A stretch of 64,000 nucleotides of DNA from an uncultured Verrucomicrobiae bacterium (GCA_963764165.1 CAVXRD010000003.1:448001-512000); one strand, 5' to 3'; shown: positions 20,201 through 29,458, counted from the first letter of the stretch. Notes: generated from the letters alone by a model not told the origin. Made by a program: numbers and translations.

Positions 20201-23200
20201 CAGCGGGTCGGCGCATACGAGCCAAATCTTTACACAAACGGCCCGCTCTACACGAATACCTCAATCACCGCAACCTACGCTCCCACCGGAACCAACGGCA
20301 ACGTGGTGCAATGGCACTTCTTTGTGTTCACGAACAACGTGACCAATTACATGTCAAACGGAATCTCCTATTACACAAACAACGCCCAGTACGTTGCTTT
20401 CACCACCTTTGATCCGCCCGATCTGGCCACGGAAATTTCTCCTCGCACCAACGGGGCTGACCTCGATATGTACGTCTCAACCAATCCTGGGTTGACGAAC
20501 CTTGACCCCGCCGTGTTCGCGGAAATGACAACCAATGATCTGTCCGTCGGGCGTGGAGGAACGGAAACGGTGCTCTATTCGAACTCGTATTATGGCGAGG
20601 TGTATTATGTCGGCATAAAGTCCGAAGACCAGCAGGCGGCGGATTTCGGGTTTTACGCTGTTGCGCAAGCGCTTCCTTTCAGCTCCGTTAATCCCGATGG
20701 CAGCGTCACCGCCGTCGGCAGTCCGTTGCCCACACCCATTAACGCAAATTTAATCGGCCCGCCAGCTCTGGTGTTTGCATTTTTGTTTGATCCGCAAAAC
20801 CCTCAACTGCGGCTTCGCAACCTGACGGCGGAATTAGGCATCAGCGCGGGAAATCCCTCTGATTTTTACGGCACATTGCAGCACGATAATATCCAATCCG
20901 TGCTCAATAACTTTTCGGGGCAGACCAATGGATTTACCAACTTCTATAATGACCTTTCCGACGGCACCTCGCCCCCCGGCGGAGGAAGGTACGTCACCGC
21001 CGATGGCCCCGGTTCGTTGCGGAACTATATCACCACTGGTGGCTCAGGTGTGTGGATCCTGTCGGAAACCGACAGCACGCTTTTCCAAGAGGGCGAAATC
21101 ACGCAATTCAGTGTGACGGGCTATCCCCAGCCGCCGTTCCTGGGAAGCTTCCAAATCACCATCGCCGGAAACACCTGGTTCGACGATTACGTGCTCGTTC
21201 CCAATGACGCGACCAACATGATCATCTCCGCGTCCTACGTCGCGGGCGACGGGCCCATTGGCATTTTCATAACAAATCAGGATGACGTGAATTTCGGTGA
21301 TTACGGTTCCGGCCCCGTCGTTCCGCCCGGCGGATACTTCGAGTATGGCATCACCAATGTTCCCCCTCTTGACGGCGGCTACTGGTTTTACGGAATCTAT
21401 AATTCCAACACCGCTTCGGTGACGCTTAATATCTCGATCAGCTTCCAACTGAACCTGGTGCCGAACCTTGTGCAGAATTTCACCAACAACGCCGCCGTCC
21501 CGCTCCCGACGGATGCGACCACGAATCTCTCGACCTTCTGCCTTACGAACGTCGCCGGCGACCAGATTGTCGACCTCAGCGTCGGCCTGCGTCTGGCGGA
21601 TCCCAATTTGGACAATCTGGCCATTAGTTTGACAAGCCCGCAGGGGACGAGCATCGTCCTGTTTGAAAATCGCGGCGGCATTCTGGCGAGCAATCTTGGC
21701 CTGAGCCTCACCAACGGCCCTTCCAATTATGTTTACACCGTGTTCACCGAGGACACGAATCTTGCCACAACTCCAATCAAGTTCGGCCAACCGCCTTACG
21801 CCTACCCGGTTGTGGTCCCGCAATTGTCTCTCATCTCGAACACCTTTGATGTCTTCACAAATCTGGAGGATTTTTACACCAATCAGACGACCCGCGTGGT
21901 GACTTCCAACGCGGCCGGCATTTACACCAACGGCCAGAATGTGGCCGGCTGGTTTGTTGAGACGAACATGCTGGTCGTGGTCAGTGGCTTCTCCAATTTC
22001 GTCACTGGAACGGGGACAAACATTACGACGAACTATGTCCCGCAGCTTTACACCAATCAGTATTTCAACGAAGTGAGCATCGTTACGGATCCGAGCGTCA
22101 CCTACGACGGCACGAATATCGTGGGCACCAACGCGCCAGGCGCCAATTATATCGGCAGCAATTACCTGGCGCTGGCCTCCGGCCGCCTGTCGCAGACGTT
22201 CATCACGGTGCCCGGTGTCGCGTATGAGTTGATTTATTACGTGCGGCCGCCCGGCCTGCAAGACTGGTGGCCCGGGGACGACAACTTGATCGACCTCGTC
22301 GGGACCAATACCGGGACTGTTCCAGAAAAAGATGTGTCATTTGGCGACGGGGAAGTGTATCGAGCCTTCACCTTTAGCGGAACAACGACAAATGCGTTGC
22401 GTTATCTGGGCAATGAAGTCGATTTCGGCACCAACGTCGCAAATTTCCGCACCAACGATTTTACGGTCGATTTCTGGATTCAGCAGTCCCCCACGCAAAC
22501 AAATGAGCAGGCTTGCATGGAAAAACGCACGGAATGCAACGCTACGATCAGCTATTGGAATATTGAAATTGGCGGCGGCGCGGTCGCCGGCACCAACGTT
22601 CCGCCCGGCTGCCTGCGCAGCTATATTCCGGGAAACAATAATACCGACGTAGCCAACATCGTTTGCTCAAACGCCATTAACGACGGCATTTTCCACCACG
22701 CCGCATTGATGCGCCACGGCACAAACGTCACGTATTACATAGACGGCCGGGTCGACGCCACCGCCGTCACCACTGGCGTGGCGGACATCAATAACACAAA
22801 TACATTCCGCATCGGCCAGAGCGTCTGCGTTTCTCCGGGAATCCTGGGATCCGATGCTTGCCAGCCGTTCAACGGAAAAATCGATGAACTCGGCATCTGG
22901 AACCGCGCGCTGTCGCCGGCGGAAATACAGGCGATTTTCAACGCGGGCGCCTCGGGCAAGTACTCAACCAACACGTTGTACCCGAATTTCCAGGTGGTGT
23001 TCGACGGCATATCGACCAACGACGTCGTTCTGACAAATTTCTCCTCGCCAGCATGGCTGCGGGTGACAAACAGCTTCACCGCCGTCAGCAATCAAACCAC
23101 GATTGAACTGCTCGGCAATACGCTCGGGGTTTTGCTGGATGGCATTGAGTTGATCCAGCCCATCTATACCAACTACAACAATTATTTCCTGCCAGAAGAG

Positions 23201-26200
23201 CCCTTGGCGCCGCTGATCGGGCAGGATCCCTCGGGTTGCTGGACGCTTAGCATTTGGGACACCCGCACTGATACCATCCTTCCGACAAATGGAACGCTGC
23301 TGAGCTGGGATTTGCAGGTCACGACGTCGTCGACAAACGTCCATCTCATTGTTCTGACCAATGGCATTGCTTATACAAACGGGAGTGTGTCAGGCGATGG
23401 AGGGTTTACGTACTTTGGCATTGACGTGCCGCGAACGGCAAATTTTGCGACCAACATGCTCTTCAATTCGAGTGGCCCGATGAACTTGTGGTTCAATCAA
23501 ACCGCGCTGCCGACCGGCTCGGCGCAAGGCGATTACCTTTTAACCAACAATGCGCCGGGCGCTTCAAATGCCGTCACATTGAGCACGATCGGTGCCCCGC
23601 CCCCCTTGGTGCCCGGAAGCCGCTACTATCTAGGCGTCCAAAACGCGGGCGGTGGAACGGAAACTTTCAACATCGAGGTGCAATTTGACGTCAGCGGGAC
23701 GAGCGGAATCACGAGCCTGAATCCTGTTAACGGAAATGGGACCAATAGCATTGATCCGATCATTTCAGGCAATGCGATGCAATACTATTCGCTGACCATT
23801 CCAACCAACGTCAGCCTCGCCACCTTCCAATTGCTGAACCCGACGCCCTACTCCGGGACCAACACAAATGCGCAGGTCAATCTCTACGTGCGCGAAGGCT
23901 ATGTGCCTACCACCAATATCTTTGATTACGCCAGCGCGAATCAAGGCGCGGTGGATCAATTTGTTGCCATCACCACCAACTCAACGCCCGTGGCTCTGCC
24001 GAGCGTCAATCCTACGAATGTCGAGCCTCAATATCCCACGACGTGGTATGTGGCCGTCTACAATCCCCTCACCAACAGCGTCAATTACACCATTTTGGCA
24101 AGCTATGTCACGAATGGAAGCAGCCAGCTGGGGACGCTGGACACGATTAACCTGAATAATTATTTCACCAATTCGGGCTATACCTACTACGTCACCAACG
24201 CCTATAACAACTCGCAAGGGGCGGCTTCTGGATTCCCGACTTCACTGATCTACGCCCTGACTATTCCGAAGACGACCCTGGGCGAGGTGGAATTTGTGGT
24301 CACAAATCTGTCGGGCTACGGAAACTTGCAATTGCTCGTTGGCTATAACGAGATTCCGACGCCGGAGAACGCTTACGGCGCCAGTTACAATCTCGGCGTG
24401 TCCAATCAGAGCGTGATCATCTTTACCAACGAGGATCTCCCGACATTGCAGGGCACCTGGTACGTCGCCGTCCCGAACACCTCCCCCAGCCTGCTCAAAT
24501 ACTCGATCACTGCGATCGTCACGAATGACTTTAATCAAGTTCTGATTTGGGACGGCTTAGGCGGGCCGAATTGGAACTTCACGGAAAAGGACTGGCGGAT
24601 TGGCACGAACACTACGGACACCACTTATGGTGACACGGACACGGTGCTGTTCGATGACACGCTGAAGGGAAGCAGCACAATAACTGTAGCGACAACCGTG
24701 CAGCCGGGCAGCATGACCTTCAGCAACTCGGCGGTGACCTACACCTTCGCCGGACCAAACCCAATTGCGGGTCCCAGCGGCATGCTCATCGGCGGCGGTG
24801 GTGAAGTTATTCTTGACAACGCTTCAAACACATTCGCCGGGCAGATCAATATTTCAAACGGGACGCTCCAAATCGGAAACAACGACGCCAATGGCTCCAT
24901 CGCGGCCAATGTGAGTATTTCCGCCGGCAGCTCACTCGACTTTGACAGAGTGGATGATCTGACATACGGCGGTGTGCTTTCAGGCGGCGGCACTGTGGAT
25001 AAAGAGGGCGCCGACGTGTTAACACTGGCTGGAGACAACGTCGCCTTGGGCGGCACCGTCTTTGTCCAGGCGGGCATATTGCGGGTTGGCGCGATAAATG
25101 CCCTTGGAATCGGCGCAAACGCGTCGATCATAATCGGGTCTCAGGGCACGCTCGACTTGAACGGTTTTAGCGGTGACTACTCAGTAATCACCCAGCCCTC
25201 ACGATCCATTACCAATGGCTCAATTATCAACGACGGCGGCGCGGCGGCGATCCCGGGTTTGGGATCGATTACCATGCTCGCAAATGCCACCTTCGGCGGC
25301 ACGGCGAATTGGGATTTGGGCAATCCCGATGCGGATTCAACGAACGGATTCTCGCTGAGCACCGAAGGTGCGGCTGAGAACCTGACGAAGGTTGGCCCGA
25401 ATGCCGTCGGCATTTACAACACGTCTGTCGATCCTGCTTTGGCAAACATCGATGTCCAATCCGGCGCGCTCGTTTACGGCGGCAGGACCTCGGGTCTCGG
25501 CAACCCGGCCAATACGCTGACCGTTGAATCAGGCGCGGCGCTCGCGTTCGACGCCCCGGTCAATCCGCTCAACAAATCCATTGTCTTCCAGGACGGCTCG
25601 GTTGACGAGAATGAAGCCGGCTCCAGCGTCATTACCGGCCCTGTCTACCTCGGGACAAATGTTTCGGGCGCGCCCGGCACAATTAATTTCGACATCGCCG
25701 GGGCACTCCAGGCGATTTCCAACACCATTAGCGGACCCGGCAGCCTCGTCCTCAACGGCGGATCGCTATATCTATACTTCCCGAACACATTCACGGGCGC
25801 CACGATCCTGAATTCCGGCACGCTATATTTGACAGCGTTGGGCGGAGTGCCGGACAGCCTGGTGGTGACGATCGGCGCCGACGCCATACTCGATCTCTCC
25901 GGGCGGGCGAACGACACCTTCCGCGTCACCAGCGGCCAGATGCTGGACGGGTTTGGATTCCTGAGCGGCATTCTTATTGAAGCGTCCGGATCGACGGTCA
26001 TGCCTGGATCCTCCAACGTGGTCGGAACCCTGGTCACCTCAAGCAATATCACCCTCAACGGAACCACTTTGCTCAAGATTCAAAATGCCACCGGGCAGAA
26101 TGATCAACTTAGAACCATTCAAGGCTCCATCACCTACGGAGGAACGCTGCAAGTGACAAACATCAGCACCAACGCGTTCTACAATGGCGAGAGCTTCCAA

Positions 26201-26557
26201 TTGTTCAACGCGGCGGCCTATGCCGGGGCGTTTGCGCGCATATTGCCGCCCGCGCCGGGGCCGGGCTTGAACTGGAATACCAACGCGCTGGTGACCAGCG
26301 GTGTGCTGTCCATCGGCGGCGACTCGCCGGTATTTACGTCCGTGACGCTTTCGGGAAATACGCTGACTTTCAGCGGGACAAACGGAGTTCCGAACGGGCC
26401 CTACACCATTTACGAAACCACAAATTTGGCGCTGCCTCTGTCGTCCTGGACACCGATCGCGACGAAAAATTTCAATGCGTCAGGAGGCTTCCTCTTCACG
26501 GAGCCCTACAGCAAGTCCGTCCCGGCGGAATTCTTCACCATCCAACAGCAGCCGTAA
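17225..26557 (+). CDS. giant S8 (subtilisin-like) peptidase with PPC/P-domains, LamG, autotransporter-associated beta-strand repeats and a C-terminal domain
   Basis: GGAGG RBS; N-terminal hydrophobic helix; triad NDTGVD / HGTHVAG / GTSQAAG; KPDVVAPG; SLVWTDPP..NNLDL; LamG FNGKIDELGIWNRALS; repeats such as NTFAGQINISNGTLQIG. Confidence 0.88.
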   Translation: MRFKSRTWLLISLFFFTASYLVWTYAEKVSAARREAAAAASAQKPPTAKPAAPLTKAAVPPAPAKPKSYRLSNTRATEKQLMLSDHAILLRNALIDTDRPLKLNIPDHLKAKGAPGSYIVQSDRALDQRFRDRLAADGVKYVSYIPNNAALVEATPEQAKQMASDIEFQAVIPYEPYYKLASSLLPSAVNQDQNTSLAINVTAVPGQTEAAVAALKNLGGQIMGEDKGPFGTTISAMMPAQTLVAVAQMPLAQEIEPYAPRRLLNDLTRVTMGISSNTAYTSPNYLNLSGSNVTVNMNDTGVDSTHPDLMGRVFGMTNDNASGHGTHVAGVIMGSGKESSTVTVVVPGETSTGVGFQGKATNAMLFVQKLPLAVSTTLDDAFRDGGSFFDDATLARNASANLGATNLISNNSWGYENINYYDMHAASFDQYTRDAQPGLPGEQPLLFVFAAGGQGSGNTDGTGGSPGSILSPGTAKNVITVGAMDSARFITNQVAVDDTTNDVFYSWTDADNLIAWFSGCGNVGEGIEGMYGRFKPDVVAPGMFIISCRASTYIDPTNETYVSSYYFPNQFNLSDTADYFTIPQLPTDTEELIISVTSNANSTAAITNLAILGNTYDPPTTIIGTNNYLVLTTNLTDGQQWYFGITNAYKDPIAFDVTFYIVETNTLGEPPSNPLEYFNVISNMNHQTLGSNYVYQYGTSQAAGAVSGVLALMQDFLENRMKLTNYSPALLKAMLINGSRSIEQQYDFNPNVLGANEQGWGMPNITTCVPATLTNASAQSMVLIDQSASNSLATGQSISYTVNAGDPNATNFPVRFSLVWTDPPGDPAAGIALVNNLDLIVTDKSGTNIWLGNDFYSGDIYTEVNTGDVPDIINNVQNIYLDPASTNSQIQFPLTVTVLGMRVNVNAPTTVSNLIAQDFALVISTDDPVGALTVTSNPPTFTPPANLFSLIGRTNAAGGSLLSSNGLANLFAFAQSNSILVTVANSGVPLLHQRVGAYEPNLYTNGPLYTNTSITATYAPTGTNGNVVQWHFFVFTNNVTNYMSNGISYYTNNAQYVAFTTFDPPDLATEISPRTNGADLDMYVSTNPGLTNLDPAVFAEMTTNDLSVGRGGTETVLYSNSYYGEVYYVGIKSEDQQAADFGFYAVAQALPFSSVNPDGSVTAVGSPLPTPINANLIGPPALVFAFLFDPQNPQLRLRNLTAELGISAGNPSDFYGTLQHDNIQSVLNNFSGQTNGFTNFYNDLSDGTSPPGGGRYVTADGPGSLRNYITTGGSGVWILSETDSTLFQEGEITQFSVTGYPQPPFLGSFQITIAGNTWFDDYVLVPNDATNMIISASYVAGDGPIGIFITNQDDVNFGDYGSGPVVPPGGYFEYGITNVPPLDGGYWFYGIYNSNTASVTLNISISFQLNLVPNLVQNFTNNAAVPLPTDATTNLSTFCLTNVAGDQIVDLSVGLRLADPNLDNLAISLTSPQGTSIVLFENRGGILASNLGLSLTNGPSNYVYTVFTEDTNLATTPIKFGQPPYAYPVVVPQLSLISNTFDVFTNLEDFYTNQTTRVVTSNAAGIYTNGQNVAGWFVETNMLVVVSGFSNFVTGTGTNITTNYVPQLYTNQYFNEVSIVTDPSVTYDGTNIVGTNAPGANYIGSNYLALASGRLSQTFITVPGVAYELIYYVRPPGLQDWWPGDDNLIDLVGTNTGTVPEKDVSFGDGEVYRAFTFSGTTTNALRYLGNEVDFGTNVANFRTNDFTVDFWIQQSPTQTNEQACMEKRTECNATISYWNIEIGGGAVAGTNVPPGCLRSYIPGNNNTDVANIVCSNAINDGIFHHAALMRHGTNVTYYIDGRVDATAVTTGVADINNTNTFRIGQSVCVSPGILGSDACQPFNGKIDELGIWNRALSPAEIQAIFNAGASGKYSTNTLYPNFQVVFDGISTNDVVLTNFSSPAWLRVTNSFTAVSNQTTIELLGNTLGVLLDGIELIQPIYTNYNNYFLPEEPLAPLIGQDPSGCWTLSIWDTRTDTILPTNGTLLSWDLQVTTSSTNVHLIVLTNGIAYTNGSVSGDGGFTYFGIDVPRTANFATNMLFNSSGPMNLWFNQTALPTGSAQGDYLLTNNAPGASNAVTLSTIGAPPPLVPGSRYYLGVQNAGGGTETFNIEVQFDVSGTSGITSLNPVNGNGTNSIDPIISGNAMQYYSLTIPTNVSLATFQLLNPTPYSGTNTNAQVNLYVREGYVPTTNIFDYASANQGAVDQFVAITTNSTPVALPSVNPTNVEPQYPTTWYVAVYNPLTNSVNYTILASYVTNGSSQLGTLDTINLNNYFTNSGYTYYVTNAYNNSQGAASGFPTSLIYALTIPKTTLGEVEFVVTNLSGYGNLQLLVGYNEIPTPENAYGASYNLGVSNQSVIIFTNEDLPTLQGTWYVAVPNTSPSLLKYSITAIVTNDFNQVLIWDGLGGPNWNFTEKDWRIGTNTTDTTYGDTDTVLFDDTLKGSSTITVATTVQPGSMTFSNSAVTYTFAGPNPIAGPSGMLIGGGGEVILDNASNTFAGQINISNGTLQIGNNDANGSIAANVSISAGSSLDFDRVDDLTYGGVLSGGGTVDKEGADVLTLAGDNVALGGTVFVQAGILRVGAINALGIGANASIIIGSQGTLDLNGFSGDYSVITQPSRSITNGSIINDGGAAAIPGLGSITMLANATFGGTANWDLGNPDADSTNGFSLSTEGAAENLTKVGPNAVGIYNTSVDPALANIDVQSGALVYGGRTSGLGNPANTLTVESGAALAFDAPVNPLNKSIVFQDGSVDENEAGSSVITGPVYLGTNVSGAPGTINFDIAGALQAISNTISGPGSLVLNGGSLYLYFPNTFTGATILNSGTLYLTALGGVPDSLVVTIGADAILDLSGRANDTFRVTSGQMLDGFGFLSGILIEASGSTVMPGSSNVVGTLVTSSNITLNGTTLLKIQNATGQNDQLRTIQGSITYGGTLQVTNISTNAFYNGESFQLFNAAAYAGAFARILPPAPGPGLNWNTNALVTSGVLSIGGDSPVFTSVTLSGNTLTFSGTNGVPNGPYTIYETTNLALPLSSWTPIATKNFNASGGFLFTEPYSKSVPAEFFTIQQQP

Positions 26558-26561
26558 TCAT

Positions 26562-26590
26562 TTGCCAAAGCGCCCGGCGGTTCATAGTAT
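26562..26590 (+). promoter_or_regulatory. putative sigma70 promoter giving a near-leaderless transcript of the TPR gene
   Basis: TTGCCA-N17-TAGTAT, ending 9 nt before ATG 26600; no Shine-Dalgarno sequence. Confidence 0.5.
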
Positions 26591-26599
26591 CGCCCCACT

Positions 26600-28258
26600 A
26601 TGAAATGGATTGCTGTGCTGGCGTTGTCTCTGGTTTTGGCCACCGCGTCTCTCGCGGCTGGCCCGGACGACCAGTATCTGGATATTTACAATGAAATTCT
26701 GCAGGCGGATTCGTTGAAAGCCGGCGGAAATTCCCGGGACGCCGCCGCCAAATATCTCGACGCTCAAGCGCTTCTCAAGAATCTCAAAAAAGAAAACCCG
26801 ACCTGGAACGCCTCGGTTGTCGACTTCCGCCTCGATTATCTGGCCGATCAATTGCACGCGCTGGCTCCCTTCTTGCAAGCGGCCGCGCCTGCCCCCGCTC
26901 CGGCTCCCATGCCAAAACCCGGTGCAACCGTTCCCGCCACTCCCTCCGAAGTGGCAAATTTGCAGGAACAAATTCGCTCGCTGACAGCGGCAAACGCGCA
27001 ATTGGAGAACAAGCTCAAGGAAGCCCTTTCCGTCCAGCCCGCCGCTCTCAGCCCGCAGGAATTGGCCAAGGCGCAGGACAAAATCGCGGCTCTGCAAAAG
27101 GAAAATGACCTGCTCAACGTCGCCCTGGCCCAATCCAAGTCAGCCAAGCCGCCGCCCGACGCCGAAAGAACTGAAAAGCAATTGGCCGACATGCGAACCG
27201 ATCTGAAAGCCTCCCGCGCCGAAGTCGATCGCCTTAAAAATTCGCTGGCCGATGCTCAGAAACAGATTCAGTCCGAAGCTGGAGAAATTGATTCATTGAA
27301 GGCAGCAGCGGTCGCATCCTCGTCGGTCAAAAAAATCGAGGCCGAACGCGACAAATTGAAAGAGGAGCTCGCCGCCCGCACTCGTGATCTGGCGGATGCC
27401 GAAGCCCGCCGCGAGCCGGGCGCAGCCGAATTGCGCGAAAAGCTGGCGAAGGTCGAGCGCGAGCGCGATGACCTGAAAGCAAAATTGGCCACCGCTCGCG
27501 CCCCTTCCGAATCGAGCCCGGAGATGGAACAGCTTCGCGCCCGGCTGGCGGTTTTGGAGGCCCAAGCCGTTCCCTACACGCCAGAAGAGCTGGCGCTCCT
27601 GAACAAGACTCCCGCCACCGTGCATGAGCCGCTGCCTGCTCCCGCCGCGCCCGCGCCCGAGAAAAAGCACGCGCAGCACTCGCCGAAAGAACTCCCCCCA
27701 GGCGTGGGCGCGCTGTTTGTTGACGCCCAGCGGGCCGCTCGCGCGCGCGACTTCACGACGGCGGAGGAAAAATTCAAAGACATTTTGCGCCAGGACGAAA
27801 ACAACGTCTATGTCCTGGCGTTTCTGGCTGACACGCAGTTCGATCTCGACAAGACAAACGACTGCGAAAAGACGTTGCATCGCGCCCTGGCGCTGGACCC
27901 GGAAGATCCAGCCAGCCTTTATGTGCTTGGCGTCCTTCGATACCGCCAGAACCGGATGGACGAAGCCCTCGACGCCATAACTAAGTCTACGAAATACAAC
28001 CCGACGAATGCGCTCAGCCAGAATTACCTTGGCCTCATTCTGGCGGACAAGGGCCAGCGCGCCGCCGCGGAAACCGCATTCCGAAAAGCCCTCGCCTGCC
28101 AGCCGGATTACGTGGACGCGCACTATCATCTGGCAATTATGTATGCCTCAGCCAAGCCGCCCATGATCGCCCTGGCCCGCTTTCACTACAAAAAGGCGGT
28201 CGACCTTGGCCACGAAAAGAACCCCGAACTGGAAAAGGTGATCGGGTCGGCGCAGTAG
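26600..28258 (+). CDS. exported coiled-coil plus tetratricopeptide repeat protein
   Basis: Signal peptide MKWIAVLALSLVLATASLA; long heptad region; about 5 C-terminal TPRs (ALALDPED, YVDAHYHLA). Confidence 0.85.
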   Translation: MKWIAVLALSLVLATASLAAGPDDQYLDIYNEILQADSLKAGGNSRDAAAKYLDAQALLKNLKKENPTWNASVVDFRLDYLADQLHALAPFLQAAAPAPAPAPMPKPGATVPATPSEVANLQEQIRSLTAANAQLENKLKEALSVQPAALSPQELAKAQDKIAALQKENDLLNVALAQSKSAKPPPDAERTEKQLADMRTDLKASRAEVDRLKNSLADAQKQIQSEAGEIDSLKAAAVASSSVKKIEAERDKLKEELAARTRDLADAEARREPGAAELREKLAKVERERDDLKAKLATARAPSESSPEMEQLRARLAVLEAQAVPYTPEELALLNKTPATVHEPLPAPAAPAPEKKHAQHSPKELPPGVGALFVDAQRAARARDFTTAEEKFKDILRQDENNVYVLAFLADTQFDLDKTNDCEKTLHRALALDPEDPASLYVLGVLRYRQNRMDEALDAITKSTKYNPTNALSQNYLGLILADKGQRAAAETAFRKALACQPDYVDAHYHLAIMYASAKPPMIALARFHYKKAVDLGHEKNPELEKVIGSAQ

Positions 28259-28356
28259 GTAGCGCCTCGCCGAGGCGTCCGGGTTGAGGCGCCATTTGCG
28301 CGCAAACTTTGCTATCATTCACACGCAACCGGACGCAGCGGCGAGGCGGCCCTGCC
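28255..28356. repeat. REP-like doublet, family A, overlapping the TPR gene stop codon
   Basis: GTAGGTAGCGCCTCGCCGAGGCGTCCGG ... CCGGACGCAGCGGCGAGGCGGCCCTGCC. Confidence 0.75.
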
Positions 28357-28440
28357 TTTGGGACTTGTCTTCGGGGTCGCGTTGCTGAATGTTATTGGAA
28401 CGTCCAGTCAACGGGCGGTTTGGAACGCATGCCTCAATTC

Positions 28441-28866
28441 ATGGTGTCATTTTTCAAGCGCTGGCTCATTACCACAATTTCGGTGTGGCTGGCCGCCGCG
28501 ATCGTGCCGGGCATTACCTGGCAGACATCGTGGGGCTTGCTGCTCGCGGCCTTGGTGCTGGGGCTGCTGAACGCCATTGTGCGGCCGGTGATGGTCGTCT
28601 TGTCGCTGCCGCTCGTCATTTTCACTCTCGGGCTGTTCATGCTGGTCATCAACGCCCTGCTGCTCTGGTCTGTCGGCGTCGTGCTCAAGAATTTCCAGGT
28701 CGACGGCTTCGCTTCGGCTTTTTGGGGGTCGCTTGTCATCAGCATCGTGTCGCTGGTGCTCAATTCGCTGACCAAAAGCGGGTCGTCGCGTTTTGAATTT
28801 CGCTCCGGTCGCCCGAAGCCGAATAGTCCGCCCGACGACGGCGGAGGGCCGATTATTGACGTTTGA
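28441..28866 (+). CDS. 4-TM membrane protein, YvlD/DUF360 ('phage holin family' superfamily IV)
   Basis: LGLLNAIVRPV...LPLVIFTLGLFMLVINALLL...FQVDGFASAFWGS signature. Confidence 0.85.
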   Translation: MVSFFKRWLITTISVWLAAAIVPGITWQTSWGLLLAALVLGLLNAIVRPVMVVLSLPLVIFTLGLFMLVINALLLWSVGVVLKNFQVDGFASAFWGSLVISIVSLVLNSLTKSGSSRFEFRSGRPKPNSPPDDGGGPIIDV

Positions 28867-29458
28867 TTAATCTGTAGGCGGCGCGATTCGCCTGCACCCC
28901 GCGCGCCAAAAAGCTCCGCTCGAAATCCGTCACCACCGCCGCCAATTCGTCCGGCGTCGGAATCTCCTGAAAATAGTCCGCCTTGGCGAACGCATTTTTC
29001 ATCGCGCCAAAATAATCCGCGTCGTCCGTGCGCAAGTAAATCACGCCTTGGTCTCGCAACACCTTTTGCGCCAGGGACGGAAAATCCAAATTGATCAGCC
29101 GATGCTTCCGGTGCTTCCGCTTCGGCCACGGATCAGGAAAATAAATGTGCAGCGCCGTCACTGAGGCGCGAGGCAGCAGATGCTCCAGAAAGTAAGACGC
29201 CTCGATGCGGATGATCCGGATGTTCCGCAAACCGAGCTTCAGCGATTTGCGGTCCAGCTTGCGCAACCGCCCCAGCAGCCTTTCCACGCCGATGAAGTTG
29301 GTGTCCCGCTGGAGATTGGCGTATTTGGCGAGGAACGACCCGTCGCCGCTGCCCAATTCCACCTCCAACGGCTGAGCCTTCGGAAACATGCGCTCCAAGT
29401 CCAGCCGTTCGACCACCGATTCAATCTGGTGGATGCAAGTCTCGCCCTCAGTGTTCAA
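28853..29458 (-). CDS. trmB: tRNA (guanine-N7)-methyltransferase
   Basis: EVELGSGDG, NFIGVE, IYFPDPWPKRKHRKHRL, LRTD, TDFE motifs. Confidence 0.93.
   Translation of the reverse strand: MNTEGETCIHQIESVVERLDLERMFPKAQPLEVELGSGDGSFLAKYANLQRDTNFIGVERLLGRLRKLDRKSLKLGLRNIRIIRIEASYFLEHLLPRASVTALHIYFPDPWPKRKHRKHRLINLDFPSLAQKVLRDQGVIYLRTDDADYFGAMKNAFAKADYFQEIPTPDELAAVVTDFERSFLARGVQANRAAYRLIKRQ

Noticed and set aside
24530..26557. Classical type V autotransporter
   Set aside because: Passenger-type repeats are present but there is no ~280-aa C-terminal beta-barrel or terminal aromatic residue.
28309..28866. 'Phage holin' as evidence of a prophage, and the 185-aa long version of the ORF
   Set aside because: YvlD/DUF360 proteins are common chromosomal genes and no phage genes are nearby; the N-terminal extension runs through a REP element.
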